Shown here one piece after another: positions 49,966 through 62,148 of a stretch of 64,000 nucleotides of DNA. Source of the stretch: Octopus vulgaris (taxonomy: Eukaryota); assembly GCA_951406725.2 (NCBI GenBank), contig OX597816.1, forward strand, positions 180,358,001 through 180,422,000, in the 5' to 3' direction. Each line of letters opens with the position of its first letter. The stretch's first letter is position 1. A model generated the notes under the pieces. The model was not told the DNA's origin. It saw only the letters and a program-made list of their open reading frames with translations, and did no database searches. Made by a program: the position numbers and the translations under genes.

Positions 49966-51651
49966 TAGTTTGTGTTGTGTAGTCTCCAGTTATATCTGAT
50001 CAAGCAAATCTCTGATCAAAGATAACTAGTTAGTAAACAGTGTTTTTTAGTTTTTCTTTTTCATACATAGTATATCCAGAACTACCTCATTTCATGTTTG
50101 TTTCCTTGTTTAAGACCTTAGATTAGGATTCAGCTGCTATTTCTAGTGCTCTTACTCTGTAGAGACTGCATCATTAGCTCATTGAGGCTCTTTCATTGGC
50201 TTAGCCTTGGCCTATTCCTTGGATATATTTGAATTAGTTTCTGTGAACTTGACCTGCAGAAAATGTCAAAGAATTCAGTCTCTTAGAACAATTTTAGGAA
50301 ATGGCAAACATTTATGTCATGCTGTAGGTACATCAGTTCCGTGTTACACAGGATTGGCTGGTTCTGTATATTCAAAGATGTTTATGCTTACTGCAGCTGG
50401 TCTTTGACTCCACCAGCCTCATCACTCTCTTAATTACGAGTTACATTTTGATTTGACATTCACTAACTTCTTCAAAGACTCCTAGCCCTACGCTTTAAGT
50501 GATTGGGGAAAGGGTGCGTTGTGACATTTATGCCTTTTTTCAAACATCTATTAATGGCATGAGTGAATTAAAAATCGTTAAAACCATGGACTGAAATGAC
50601 ATCATGGCCTCAGTTTGCCAGGAACTAAACTCCTGCTCTACATTGTTCACCACTTCCTTCTCTTCACTCCCTAAACCATAACTAACACCACAACTATCAC
50701 TGCTACTAACATTAATTAATATTGTTCTTCTTTCTTATTAGCCTTTTTACATTGATCTTCATTAAATACCATCTTGAACTATGACAATTCTAAAATATAA
50801 TGCACTCATTCATCTTTCTCCTTTCTTTTTCTAGAAATTGTTATTTTTCTCAAATTTCAATATTTATATCTTTGTTATTCTTTTCTTTAATTTCTAGATT
50901 TTTTTCTGTTTGTTTTTGTTTTTCTTTTCTTTTCTAAATATAATTCCAGGCTGTTCTGTATTCATGTGTAACCTGCCTATTATGTACTTAAATAGGGGAT
51001 AGTAGCAGTAGCTACAGTATACTGTGTAGCAGAGAAAAGCAAGACATATTAGCTTTCAATTAAGATGTACCCTCAGGACTTAGGCTCAGCTAACTCCCCT
51101 TTATTAATAGAAATAATTCATTGGTCCATTGGGAAAGGCAAGTGGTGGCGGTGGTGGTGGTGGTGGTGGTGGTGGTGGCGGTGGTGGTTACTGGGGTGAT
51201 GTTGAGGGGGATGATGGTATTGTGATGGTGTAGTGATGGCTGTGGTGATGGCTGTAACAGTCATTGTGATAAGTGGTGGTAATGGTTGTGGCAGCGATTA
51301 TAATGGCTTTGGTTGAAGTAATGCTTGCAGTTGTCAAGGTGGTGGTGGTGGCAGTAGTAGTAGTAGTGTAGCAAGGGTGATAGAGGGAGGAGAGGGGCTG
51401 AGGAATTGAAAAAAGATCAATATTTCTGCAAAGCTGCATAATGTACTACTGCACATACATGCACACATACCCTCACAACATGCTCACAGGAAATAGCTCA
51501 TAATGCTGTAATAAACTATTATTCAGATAGAACCCAATGTACAGATGAGAGAACTCAATGGATGAGATAGAATTTCACCTGCTTTTGGAGATGAGGAAAT
51601 CAAATTTGCTGTTGGCTTTTTATTGTGTGAATCTGGGCTAAACCCTTAGAC

Positions 51652-52140
51652 CGGGGCTTCCCAACCATTTTTTACCAATGGACCCTTTTGATTCCTATTT
51701 TACTCTACTGGACCCTCATAGCCATTTGATGTTTAAAGAATCCCATTATATTTTTATAGTTAAATATTTTTAGGAAATGTATAATAAAAGTTGTCAAAAT
51801 ATGTGGTGTCATCATCATTATCATCATTGTCATTTAATGTCTGCTTTCCATGCTGGCATGGGTTGTCTGTTGAGGCATGGTTTCTATGGTTGGATGCCTT
51901 TCCCAATGCCAACCACTTAACAGAGTATGCTAGGTTCTTTTTATGTGCCACTAGTCTTGGTGCTTTTTAAGTGGCACTGACACCTGAAAGGACAAGCCTG
52001 GATGTGTGGAAGATTGAGATTTTACTTCATTGGCATCTATTAGTGTATTGTGGAAATATAACCAATTTATTACACACACGTTTTAACAATATCTTACATG
52101 GGCCCCCAATGGTCATATGAACCTCAGTTGAGAACCAATG
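51652..52140. mobile_element. hAT-type MITE with nested RTE-tail fragment (about 51808-52030)
   Basis: Ends cggggcttcccaacc / gttgagaaccaatg, with cttagac on both flanks; internal similarity to 55177-55502. Confidence 0.7.
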
Positions 52141-53301
52141 CTCTTAGACCATTTATATTACATTGTCTAAGTCCATCCAGCTGCTGAGAATAGGTACCAG
52201 AATATCTTGGAATGTTACCTGAGAGAAATATGTTAATAACCTATTCTAGGGAAGATGTATCTTTCATCTGATTCTTACCATGAAGCTAGCTCCATGAGTT
52301 CCTTAAGGATTAGAAGACATTTGCATTGATAGATCATAATGGTTACATATTGCTGAAAAGTATTACCTCTGAATATTATTACCTAAGGATGATGTTTAGT
52401 TTGCTTTGCCACTATTTTTGCACATTAAGATATTGTTGTTTTTGTCTGTGCGTTTATTTTTTCTTATTGACTTGATCTGAAAAAAGAAAGGCCAATGCAA
52501 GTGGTCACATCAGTGTAGTTAACATTCCTCTTGAATGATTGCAAGTTGATAACTGCAGAGAAAATGTGTGCAAAGGGTGAATTTCAGAAAGCAAACACTC
52601 TGGAGAAGAAGAATTGGGAATAGTGGTTGGTATGGAACTTACTGTGTTTGTGTGCGTGTGCGTGCGCATGTGTATGTGTGTTTTGAGGGGTGTGATATAG
52701 GTGACAAAAATGAGAGAGAGACAACTGAGTCATAAGTATTTGAGTAAAATGGCTCAAGATCAGCCAGTTTCAATGAGCATAGGTCATAGTACGAAAGCAA
52801 AAAACAGAGGAGAGATAGCACATCTCTTTCCTCTGCATGTCAGACATTGCCAGATTAGTTAAATGACCTTTCCTTTCTAGGATATCTCTGCATGATGCAG
52901 TAACACCATCCTTATAATCAGAGAATTACGTGTGAGGGACATAACTCTCAGTATGTTCAAGATGTCTTTTGGTGAACACAAATCAAAAATGACTTCAGAT
53001 GTTATACTAGCTCTGTGGTTTTGGATGGTGTTTCAATGAAGAAAGATTGGTAATGGAATCATTGTTGGTACTCTGTGAGATGAAAGAGCTTGTATTGTAA
53101 ACTTCTATTAGGTCTACAGATGCTGCTGCAAGTTTTGCATTTAATTGGGTTTAATTGAATTATTATATTTTGTCTAGTAATGTTTGTGTGATGGCATTTG
53201 GATATTACTTTCATTCTTTTGTTTAAAATATTGGTTGCTGGGTTATTATATCATATTTCTCTGCAGTGAGTAGTGTAAATTTCCTTGCTTTGGTTATGTA
53301 G

Positions 53302-53635
53302 GATGTAGTGTTTGATGATTGGTCAGTTTGATGTAGTGTTTGATGATTGGTCAGTTTGATGTAGTGTTTGATGATTGGCTCAGTTTGATGTAGTGTTTGA
53401 TGATTGGTCAGTTTGATGTAGTGTTTGATGATTGGTCAGTTTGATGTAGTGTTTGATGATTGGTCAGTTTGATGTAGTGTTTGATGATTGGTCAGTTTGA
53501 TGTAGTGTTTGATGATTGGTCAGTTTGATGTAGTGTTTGATGATTGGTCAGTTTGATGTAGTGTTTGATGATTGGTCAGTTTGATGTAGTGTTTGATGAT
53601 TGGTCAGTTTGATGTAGTGTTTGATGATTGGCTCA
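53302..53635. repeat. 28-bp minisatellite, about 12 near-identical copies
   Basis: Unit gatgtagtgtttgatgattggtcagttt starting at 53302, 53330, 53358, 53387 ... 53611; copies 3 and 12 carry a 1-nt insertion (ggctca). Confidence 0.97.
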
Positions 53636-54830
53636 TGCATTTGTCTTTCAGCTTCACTGTATTTGGGGATGTGGAACCCTTATGAATGCATATCAGGTTG
53701 TAATGGTCATATTATCAGGTGTCAAAAACACATCTCAGTATATTTGGAGCAATGACACCATTGTATTTGCATGTAATCAACTTGGTCTTCCATTCAGACT
53801 CCTGGCTTTATTTACTAGAGCATGCATAGTCATACTGCAAAATTTTGCATGCATGTTTGCTTTGTTTGGTTTGTTGCTTGATTGGTTGGCTGCTGACATG
53901 TGGTGTCTGGGTGGAATGTCCTATTATTAGCAGTTTGTACTCTGCTCTTATCACTCACTTGCTTCTCTCAGTTGTAGATTCATTCACAGTAATGAGCTAA
54001 TCCACTTTTCTCCACTCAGTGCTGAAGTCAGCTGGTACAAATTTTGAGTGACCTGCAATTGAAGTTTCTGAAATTGAGTTCTAATACCTGTTTGTCTACC
54101 ATTCAGCTGTCCTCTTCAATTTTCACAAGTGTCTCACTTCTTTCGCAGATAATGTTTCAACCATCTAGTGTTAGTAGGATAGACTATGTCTACTAATTTC
54201 CACCTTCGTGAAATATCCTACTTCAACTCAGTGTTGACACTGATAATTAGTCTTAAGAATAATTCTCATTGCTAGCATCAAATTGAAGTGTGATATCCTG
54301 CTAATTTGAACATTTGTAGAAATAGCCTATCCTACTTTTGTTAAAAGGCTAAACAATTATTTGTGAAACAAGGAAAGGCATGGGCTAAATAATAGGCAAA
54401 CATAGTACTTATACTATAAGGATACCTGTACTCCATATATAAATAATAGATTTTATTTATGATTTATATTCTGGTATCACTGCCTTCCAAATAATCTCCT
54501 TAAGAATGTATATACTGTCAAAGCCCTGTCTAATGGATTCTGTTTGTCATTCATCTACTATCTCGAAGTTCCTGTCACCTTTCAACTACAACTTCATTTT
54601 GGAATACATCATGAAATCACAGAGAGATAGATCAGGCAAATACAGGGAACAATCTTCATTAAAATGTTCAGGTTTTCAGCAGGTTGATTTCATTACAGGT
54701 TGATTTCAAGTAACCTGTGAAAGCAGTTTGTCATTTTAAGCATCAATTAACGTATGAATGAGAGGTAACTGCCATGTTATCTGTATGTGGTATGAATGGA
54801 CAGAGCAGTTTGTAGAAATATCATATCATG

Positions 54831-55168
54831 CAGGGGTTTCAAACCACCAGGCCACAGACCATTACGAGGCTGTGGATTCTCTGGTATTAGACCGCACAGA
54901 AAGAATAAATTTTTAATTTTGATTTCTATTTTATTGACTATCACAGCCTGCAAAGTGTTTTTTGCATTATATATATATATATATATTTTTATATACACAC
55001 ACACACACACACATACACATACATATATATGTGTGTGTGTGTGTACATGTAATAATTAAATTATATACCAAGCACTTTACTGTGTTTTATGTACATGATC
55101 AGCCAGTTCATAGAAAAATTATCTTGTATGAAACTGGTTCTTGGAGCAGAAAAAAATGAGAACTGTTG
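54831..55168. mobile_element. hAT (Charlie/MER1-like) MITE
   Basis: Starts caggggtttcaaaccaccaggccacagacc; ends aaaattatcttgtatgaaactggttcttgg..gagaactgttg; flanks atatcatg / atataaag. Confidence 0.7.
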
Positions 55169-55176
55169 ATATAAAG

Positions 55177-55502
55177 TAGGGGTTTTCAACCATTTTTTAT
55201 CTATGGACTCCTTTAATTACAATTCTATTCTAGTGTGCCCCCACCCCCACCCAAGCTATTTGATGTTTAAAGACTATGTTTATAGAACCTGCTTTCAAAA
55301 TTCCTATTTTCTTTTACATAAATTTAACTTATGTATGTTGAACTTTGTAAAATATCAGAGAAAGAAACCTAACTGTTTCTTGTAATACATCGAAAGCAAA
55401 ATTTTTTCAGGAGTTCTTAAAATACTATAGTGGATCCCTAATTTACTATTTTGCTGCATGGACCCCCAAAAATCTTATATGGACCCCGGTTAAGAAGCAC
55501 TG
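55177..55502. mobile_element. hAT-type MITE with perfect 8-bp TSD
   Basis: TIRs taggggttttcaacc / ggttaagaagcactg; atataaag at 55169-55176 and 55503-55510. Confidence 0.85.
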
Positions 55503-56249
55503 ATATAAAGGATTCATGAGAGAGGAGGATCATGAAAGACATAGACTGAAGTGGTAAGTTCAGATCTCAGACCGTTGGGCTTACGAGAAGAGATAACCCA
55601 GCATCACGTGGCAGTGCATTGTACTGTTCCCTAGACTCATCTTACTTCAAAAATATCAACTTTAAAATTAATGATTGATGATGTGTGTGACTAATTAAAT
55701 TTTTGAAGGAACGACAGTTCTCATAGAATCTGCAGTTCTCCATTGATTTATTGGATATGAACCAGAATTGATTAAAACAGCAGAATGTCTTCTGTCCAAT
55801 GAGTGGAAGTAAGACAGCTGTGCTGGTTTGAACATGTGATGTAAATGAACGATATAAGTGAAATGACAAAACTATTTTGAAAGGTGTTGTCCAAAAAACA
55901 CGAGTAAAGAAGTGGATGTGACAGATCTAGAATGAAGAAGTGATATAGCTTTGAGAGGCAGGGAAAAAGTCTTAGTATCTACCTCCTCCTTTTATATCTT
56001 TCCTAACTCTGATCTCTCAATCTTTTTTCTTCCCCCACCCTCTCTTTGTTTTCACACATCCTCTTTTTTTTCTCCCTCTTCATCAATTTCTCCTACTCCT
56101 CATTCTCTCTCTTTCACTCACACATTTTTAAAAAGATTATTTTTTGAGCCCTAGGATTCATAAGGCTGGTTGTCTGGTTTCCATGGCATATAAGTGATGA
56201 AGATCACAACATACCCTGAATGGGATGCCAGACCACTGCAGGGTTTGAG

Positions 56250-56450
56250 GTCTGCAATTTTAAGGGGAGGGGACAAGTTGATGACATCAACCCCAGTATT
56301 TGGCTGGTACTTCATTTTATCAACCCTGCCAAGTGTTGAAAGGCAAAGTTGACTTCAGCGGAATTTGACACTCAGAACATAAAGAGCCAGAAGAAATGTT
56401 GCTAAACATTTTGTCTGGTGTGCTTACAATTCTGCCTGCTTGTCACCTTT
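56250..56450 (-). mobile_element. SINE family B
   Basis: gaaaggcaaagttgacttcagcggaatttga..gctaaacatttt..ttctgcctgcttgtcacctt. Confidence 0.72.
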
Positions 56451-56957
56451 TTTATAGCCATAGACATAAAAAAAATCTATATTTATGAAGAAATTATCTC
56501 TACTTAAGCAATTCAACTCAAATATGTTGCCTGTACACATTTTGCCAAACTTGTAAAAATTGTGTTGGCACCAGAAAACCAAAATTTTTTAAAGAATAAT
56601 TCTATTTTTCATATAATCTTAGGAAAAGAAGACTATTACCATTGCCTTCATTGGACTTCCCAGATTAGTAAGGTTAATATAGTCAGTAACTGCAATTCCT
56701 GTAGAAATCATAAACAGAAGATACCAAAGGTCTGTGATTCTGAGAGATAAAATTGAAGAGATGTAAAAGAAGAGTCTGGTAAAAGAGACATCTATAGCAG
56801 AATAATATAACCTCTTTTAAATGGCTGTACCAAGCAGATTTGGGCTGGTTCAGTGGGGGTAGTCAAAACAGGGAGAGATCACAGTATGTCAATGGGTTAG
56901 AGCCTGCATTGTATTTGTTAACCAGCCTGTTGGCCTTCTTTTGGATGTGGTTTAGGC

Positions 56958-57219
56958 CAGTGATTCCCAAACTTTTTCAGGTTGCTTCTCCCTTGACACC
57001 CAGACTACATTCCTAGCGCTCCTACTCCAACTAACCATAACAAAGATAAACCTCTTTCTGAAGCAAGTTTAAAGCAACTGTATTTCACAAATAAAACTTA
57101 ACCATTATTTCATTGTTTTTACATGAATCGCCCCTTTTGGTTACCCTGCTATCACCCCATTTTTCATCAACTCTCCACCACCCCCAGGTGAGCAATACCA
57201 CCCACTTTGGGAACCACTG
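56958..57219. mobile_element. hAT-type MITE with 8-bp TSD
   Basis: TIRs cagtgattcccaaa / tttgggaaccactg; flanks gtttaggc and gtttagac. Confidence 0.85.
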
Positions 57220-57528
57220 GTTTAGACTGTTTGCAGCGCTATTCCATGTATAAAAGCAACACTGTGATGAGAATCTAACTTGAACTCTATAACCATTCAG
57301 CCTTTGGTTAAGGTAGAATAATTTCCATTCCTAAAGAGAAAGCTAAGCTTCCCAGTTACATTCTTGCTGATATTCAATCGCCATAGATTATCATAGACTG
57401 TTGGTGTGGATATCAAGGTGTTGAGGATATTACTTCATGCATAGGGAGACTGCTGGGAATCCTTGACAGAGTATGTTTACAACACTCATCCATGCACACC
57501 TCACATACACAGTTGTGTTATGTGCTTG

Positions 57529-57560
<32 letters not shown>

Positions 57561-57954
57561 ATGTATATATAAATATGGAGAGAGAGAGAGAGAGAATGTG
57601 CAGAAGAGAGAGGACTATACTAGTGCTGACATGTGTTGCTTTTGGAGGCTAAGTTGTATATAGAAGTGCTGAGCACTCAAAGTGAATGTAACTTTTAGAA
57701 ACGGGAGACTAAAGAAGACACGCAGCAAAGAGGGGAAGATTGATCTCTAGCAATTACAGAATGGTAACTTTCAGGTAGTTGTAACAAAGTGGGGAAATGC
57801 GACTTGTGATGAGGCACTGTGCTTGGAAGACCCATCCAACCCATGCAAACATAAGAAAAACAGAAAAAGGACAATTGTAAAAAGGATGATGGTAATAGGG
57901 GTGGAGATGGATGATACCTACATTTGGGTTTCTTTTGACCTTTGCATTCTTAAT

Positions 57955-58170
57955 GAATTCAAATTTTGGTGCAAGGCCAGCAATTTCAGGAAAGGGGTTA
58001 AGTTGATTACATCAACCCCCAGCACTCAAATGATATTTATTTTATTGACCTCAAAAGGATGAAAAGCAAAATCAACCTCAACAGAATTTGAACTCAGATT
58101 GTAAAGACGGACAAAATGCTGCTAAACATTTTGCCTGGCATGCTAACAGTTCTGCCCGCTCACTGCCTTT
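57955..58170 (-). mobile_element. SINE family B
   Basis: ttcaaattttggtgcaaggccagcaattt..aaaggatgaaaagcaaa..gaatttgaactcag..gctaacagttctgcccgctcactgcctt. Confidence 0.78.
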
Positions 58171-59564
58171 AGCCTTGCATTGATATTAAGTCTCCTCACC
58201 TTTTCTTCATGACTTTCTCTATCATTTACTATTTCTTCTATGTCCCTATACCTCCCTGCTATCACTTTGTCTCCCATCATGTCACCTGTGTAACAAGGGA
58301 TGACATCACATTGGATCAGTCCATATTTAGTACCCCTCTCCATTCCGCTGACTTTTCTTCATTGCCAGCCATCACTCTCTTTCTCTCCCATCACACATTA
58401 TTGATATTCATCACTCCCACTCTCACCCATCCTCTTTGTCATCTATCACTCTCTCTTATGTTACTCCCTCCTCTAATATCACTTGTTCTCTCTCTTTCTC
58501 GCTCTCCCTCGCTCTTCTCAGTTGTTATATTCCCTTTGGAGGATGGACACAATGGAGTGATGCTGAGGTGGCAGGGACAATTGCCAAATCAATTCATTGA
58601 AATTATTGATCTCTGTGAATAGAACAGCGAAGGTTAACATTTTTAGATGCATATAAATACTCACACTCTGCAGTCCAGTCACACTATTCAGTAATATGGA
58701 ATAAATTCAATGACTTCCCCTTTAATTAGATAATGGCATCTGTGTCTCTTAGTTGAATTATGACCAGATTATTACATCTTAGGCAAGTGATTACTGCATC
58801 ATTACACATATCTGTGTGTGAGATGCTTTATAAGAGTGATTGCTACATCATAACATAATAAACAACCTTTGTGATTCAGCATAATTTTCATTATTGTGAA
58901 TTAACCATCCAGTTTTCCATGTTGTGTAAGGAAAATTGTATCATTACCCTTTCCACTCCAATATCATTTCTTGTGATTCTAAGATCTGACAGAACTACCT
59001 CCAGCTAAGACATCTTTCATATAGCTTTCTCACAGTTCATAATAGATGCTGCACCTCATGATGTTTTGTCTGCTAAAAGGGGAGTGGCAAGCTGGGTGTC
59101 TTTGTCGTGACATCAGTTCTAAAAAGAATTGTTTCCACAAACTGGGTTAGGGAGTAGCTTCTGTGCCCCCATCATCATCATCATCATCACCATCATTGTT
59201 GTTGTTGTCATCAGCATCATTATCATCATTATCAGAATCTATTGAGATATTAACTTTTTTCTCTTTTTTTTTTTTATCTTGCAAATTACAATAATATGCA
59301 ACTAATTATTTCAGTTTTATTTTCTCTAAAAATAAATTTTTCACTGTGCAGTGTGTGCTGCATGTGTACAAATGATTTTGTACATTTCTGTACAAGTGTT
59401 GGGGTGGGAGAGTTGGATACATGTTTCCTCCCATCAATAGCATCTCACTTTTTGTCAATTAACATTCATGGAATTGCTGAGACAACAAAAGGCCCCATGA
59501 AGAAGGCTTTCTTTTTTTCAATTTCAAAGGCAACTTCACCTGAACATACTTTTATGATTATTTC

Positions 59565-59608
59565 TTTATTATCATTATTATTACTATTATTATTATTATT
59601 ATTATTAC

Positions 59609-59657
<49 letters not shown>

Positions 59658-59704
59658 AACAACATTATTGTTGTTGTTATGATGATGATGATCATCATCA
59701 TCAC
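59565..59704. repeat. Compound (TTA)n/(TTG)n/(ATG)n microsatellite
   Basis: Directly visible triplet tracts; they produce the poly-L and poly-N ORFs in the track. Confidence 0.95.
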
Positions 59705-60032
59705 CGTTTACAAGAAGCACCACTGCAGTGAGCAGCACATGACAGATGAATTCTGGCTTTAGTTTTTCTACATTTGCCAGAAATTGGAAAAACTGTTGTT
59801 ATTCTTGGTAACTCTGTATCATTATGATTATGAAGCTTACTCTAATTGCCATAGCAAAGAAATATTGAGTTGGAGAAGGGATTGTGTTGGTGATTGCAAA
59901 AGTGGGGATAATTTTCCAATAACATCCTTATAAAAAAGCAAAGAGTAATTGTGTGTGTGTGTGTGTATACACACCTACACCTATATAGAGAATTGAGTAG
60001 ATAGATATACATATAAAAATTTATATATATAG

Positions 60033-60237
60033 CCTCGTCTGGCACCTGTGTCGGTGGCACATAAAAAGCACCCACTACTCTAACGGAGTGGTTGGCGTTA
60101 GGAAGGGCATCCAGCTGTAGAAACACTGCCCGATCTGACTGGCCTGGTGCAGCCTTTGGGCTTCCCAGACCCCAGTTGAACTGTCCAACCCATGCTAGCA
60201 TGGAAAGCGGACGTTAAACGATGATGATGATGATGAT
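60033..60237 (+). mobile_element. RTE LINE 3' UTR fragment (young)
   Basis: ggtggcacataaaaagcaccc..aggaagggcatccagctgtagaaacactgcc..catgctagcatggaaagcggacgttaaacgatgatgatg. Confidence 0.88.
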
Positions 60238-60619
60238 ATATGCATAAGCAAAGCATAGCCATCATTTGAAAGAGTGCATGATTTGGTAACATATATGATG
60301 CATCTGGTTTCGGTGCCTATGTCATCCCTAGCTGACATTGAAACTCTTCTGGTCCTCCCACCCTTGACCTAGTAGAAGATCCAGTATGTGACAGCCAGCC
60401 AGAGGAAGAAAGAGTTGTACCAGCACTAGAGTGGTATTTGTTTTCACTGAGTAGGCTCAGACAACATGAAACAAGCTGCCTTGCTCAAGACAATCTTCTA
60501 ATCAACTAGGCGAGACTTCACATTGACGTGATATGACTTTAGCAATAGCAAAAGGCTTTATGTAATTCAAGGATGAAGCAGATCATTCTCAAGGCTACTA
60601 GCAAGTAATACTCACCCGT

Positions 60620-60840
60620 GACACAAGCACAAAACTGACCTCATATGTGCTTGTGCCATGTAAAAAGCACTAAGTCCACTCTGCTGGGTGGTTGGTGTTA
60701 GGAAAGGCCTCCAGCTGTAAAAAGCCTGCCAAAACAGTCGCAGGTGTCTACTAGTGCAGGCTTCTGCTTGGCCGGCCCCTGTCAAACTGTCCCACCCATG
60801 CCAGCATGGAAGGTGGATGTTAAACAATGATGATGGTGAT
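60620..60840 (+). mobile_element. RTE-type 3' UTR fragment, older
   Basis: gccatgtaaaaagcac..ccagctgtaaaaa..cccatgccagcatggaaggtggatgttaaacaatgatgatg. Confidence 0.75.
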
Positions 60841-60877
60841 ATATATATATGTTGTATATATATATATATATATATGT

Positions 60878-60919
<42 letters not shown>

Positions 60920-60920
<1 letters not shown>

Positions 60921-61123
60921 GTGTGTGTCTGTGTTTGTCCCCACCTCACTACTTGACAGCTGGTGTTAGTGGGTTTACATCCCCATAACTTAGCAGTTCA
61001 GCAAAAGAGACCAATAGAATAAGTACTAGGCTTTAAAAAATAAGTCCTGGGGTTGATTCATTCAACTAAAAGACAGTGCTCCAGCATGGTCGCAGTCAAA
61101 TGACAAATAAAAGAATAAAAGAA
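60920..61123 (+). mobile_element. SINE family A, 3' half
   Basis: taacttagcagttcagcaaaagagaccaatagaataagtactaggc..gtgctccagcatggtcgcagtcaaatgac. Confidence 0.82.
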
Positions 61124-61582
61124 TATCCAGTTTTCCGCATGTAAACATAATCTGACGCTTCTAACTATTTTTGAATTAGTAGAGATCTTATTTAAACTTT
61201 AATTAAACTTTCTGTCTGACAGGTATTATGAAAAGGCATGAATTACCTGTAACATATAAAATATTTATTATTGCACAGTAGGCATTGCACTAAAATATCA
61301 ATTTTTCATAGATGTGGGCATCCTTTGAATGAGTTGCAGTTGTTCAGGCACACGTGTTTCATAGAAAAAATTCTAATTTGTCCCAAAATAAGAAATATAC
61401 ATTTGAACGAGCTCATTAAAATATTTAATGTCAATTAAAATTTTTAGAGATACAAAAGTAATGGAATTGAGTAAACAAGTTTATTTCACAGATAAAGTAA
61501 ATAAACAAAACAGATAAAGGTTCAATACCGCCAAACTATGTACATATTCATATATCTTTTCTTTCTCTCTCTCTTGCCATAT

Positions 61583-61728
61583 ATCATCATCATCATCATC
61601 ATCATTTAGCTTCCGCTTTCCATGCTAGCATGGGTTGGACGGTTCAACTGGGGTCTGGGAAGCCAGAAGGCTGCATCAGGCCCAGTCTGATCTGGCAGTG
61701 TTTCTACAGCTGGATGCCCTTCCTAACG

Positions 61729-61729
<1 letters not shown>
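61583..61729 (-). mobile_element. RTE LINE 3' end (young)
   Basis: (cat)n-ttagcttccgctttccatgctagcatgggttggacggttcaactggggtctgggaagcc..ggatgcccttcctaacgc. Confidence 0.88.
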
Positions 61730-61775
<46 letters not shown>

Positions 61776-62148
61776 AATGGATGTGTGTGTTTACAATTAA
61801 CAGAGAAAAAATAAATATGCAGTTACCAAGGCAACAAAAAGGCACACAAGTAATAAGGATGTAACACCCTATTTGAAAAGGTAGAAAATCCGGGTTGATG
61901 TGAAATATTTTGTATAATATATATAAATAAATAAATGGAGTTAAACACAGGTGTTATACAAAGTCTTTTACTTCCAACGTATGTTTCAAAGACAACATTG
62001 GTATTATTCCAAAGGAATAAAATGGTGTAAAACAATGTAATCTTCTCATCTGGTAAAGAAAGGAAGGAAGGAAGGAAGAAAGAAAGAAAGAAGGAAAGAA
62101 AGAAAGAAAGAAATCAAACTCATCAAAAAGACATTTTAACAGAATGTG

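Noticed and set aside
51142-51188. (GGT)n tract as a functional G-quadruplex
   Set aside because: Only two-G runs in an ordinary microsatellite, common in this type of genome.
52098-52125. Possible next PKC exon (MDPNG-like atgggcccccaatggt)
   Set aside because: It lies in the subterminal motif of a hAT MITE; flanking residues and splice sites do not fit.
53302-53635. CRISPR-like array
   Set aside because: Units are contiguous with no unique spacers, there are no cas genes, and the context is eukaryotic; it is a minisatellite.
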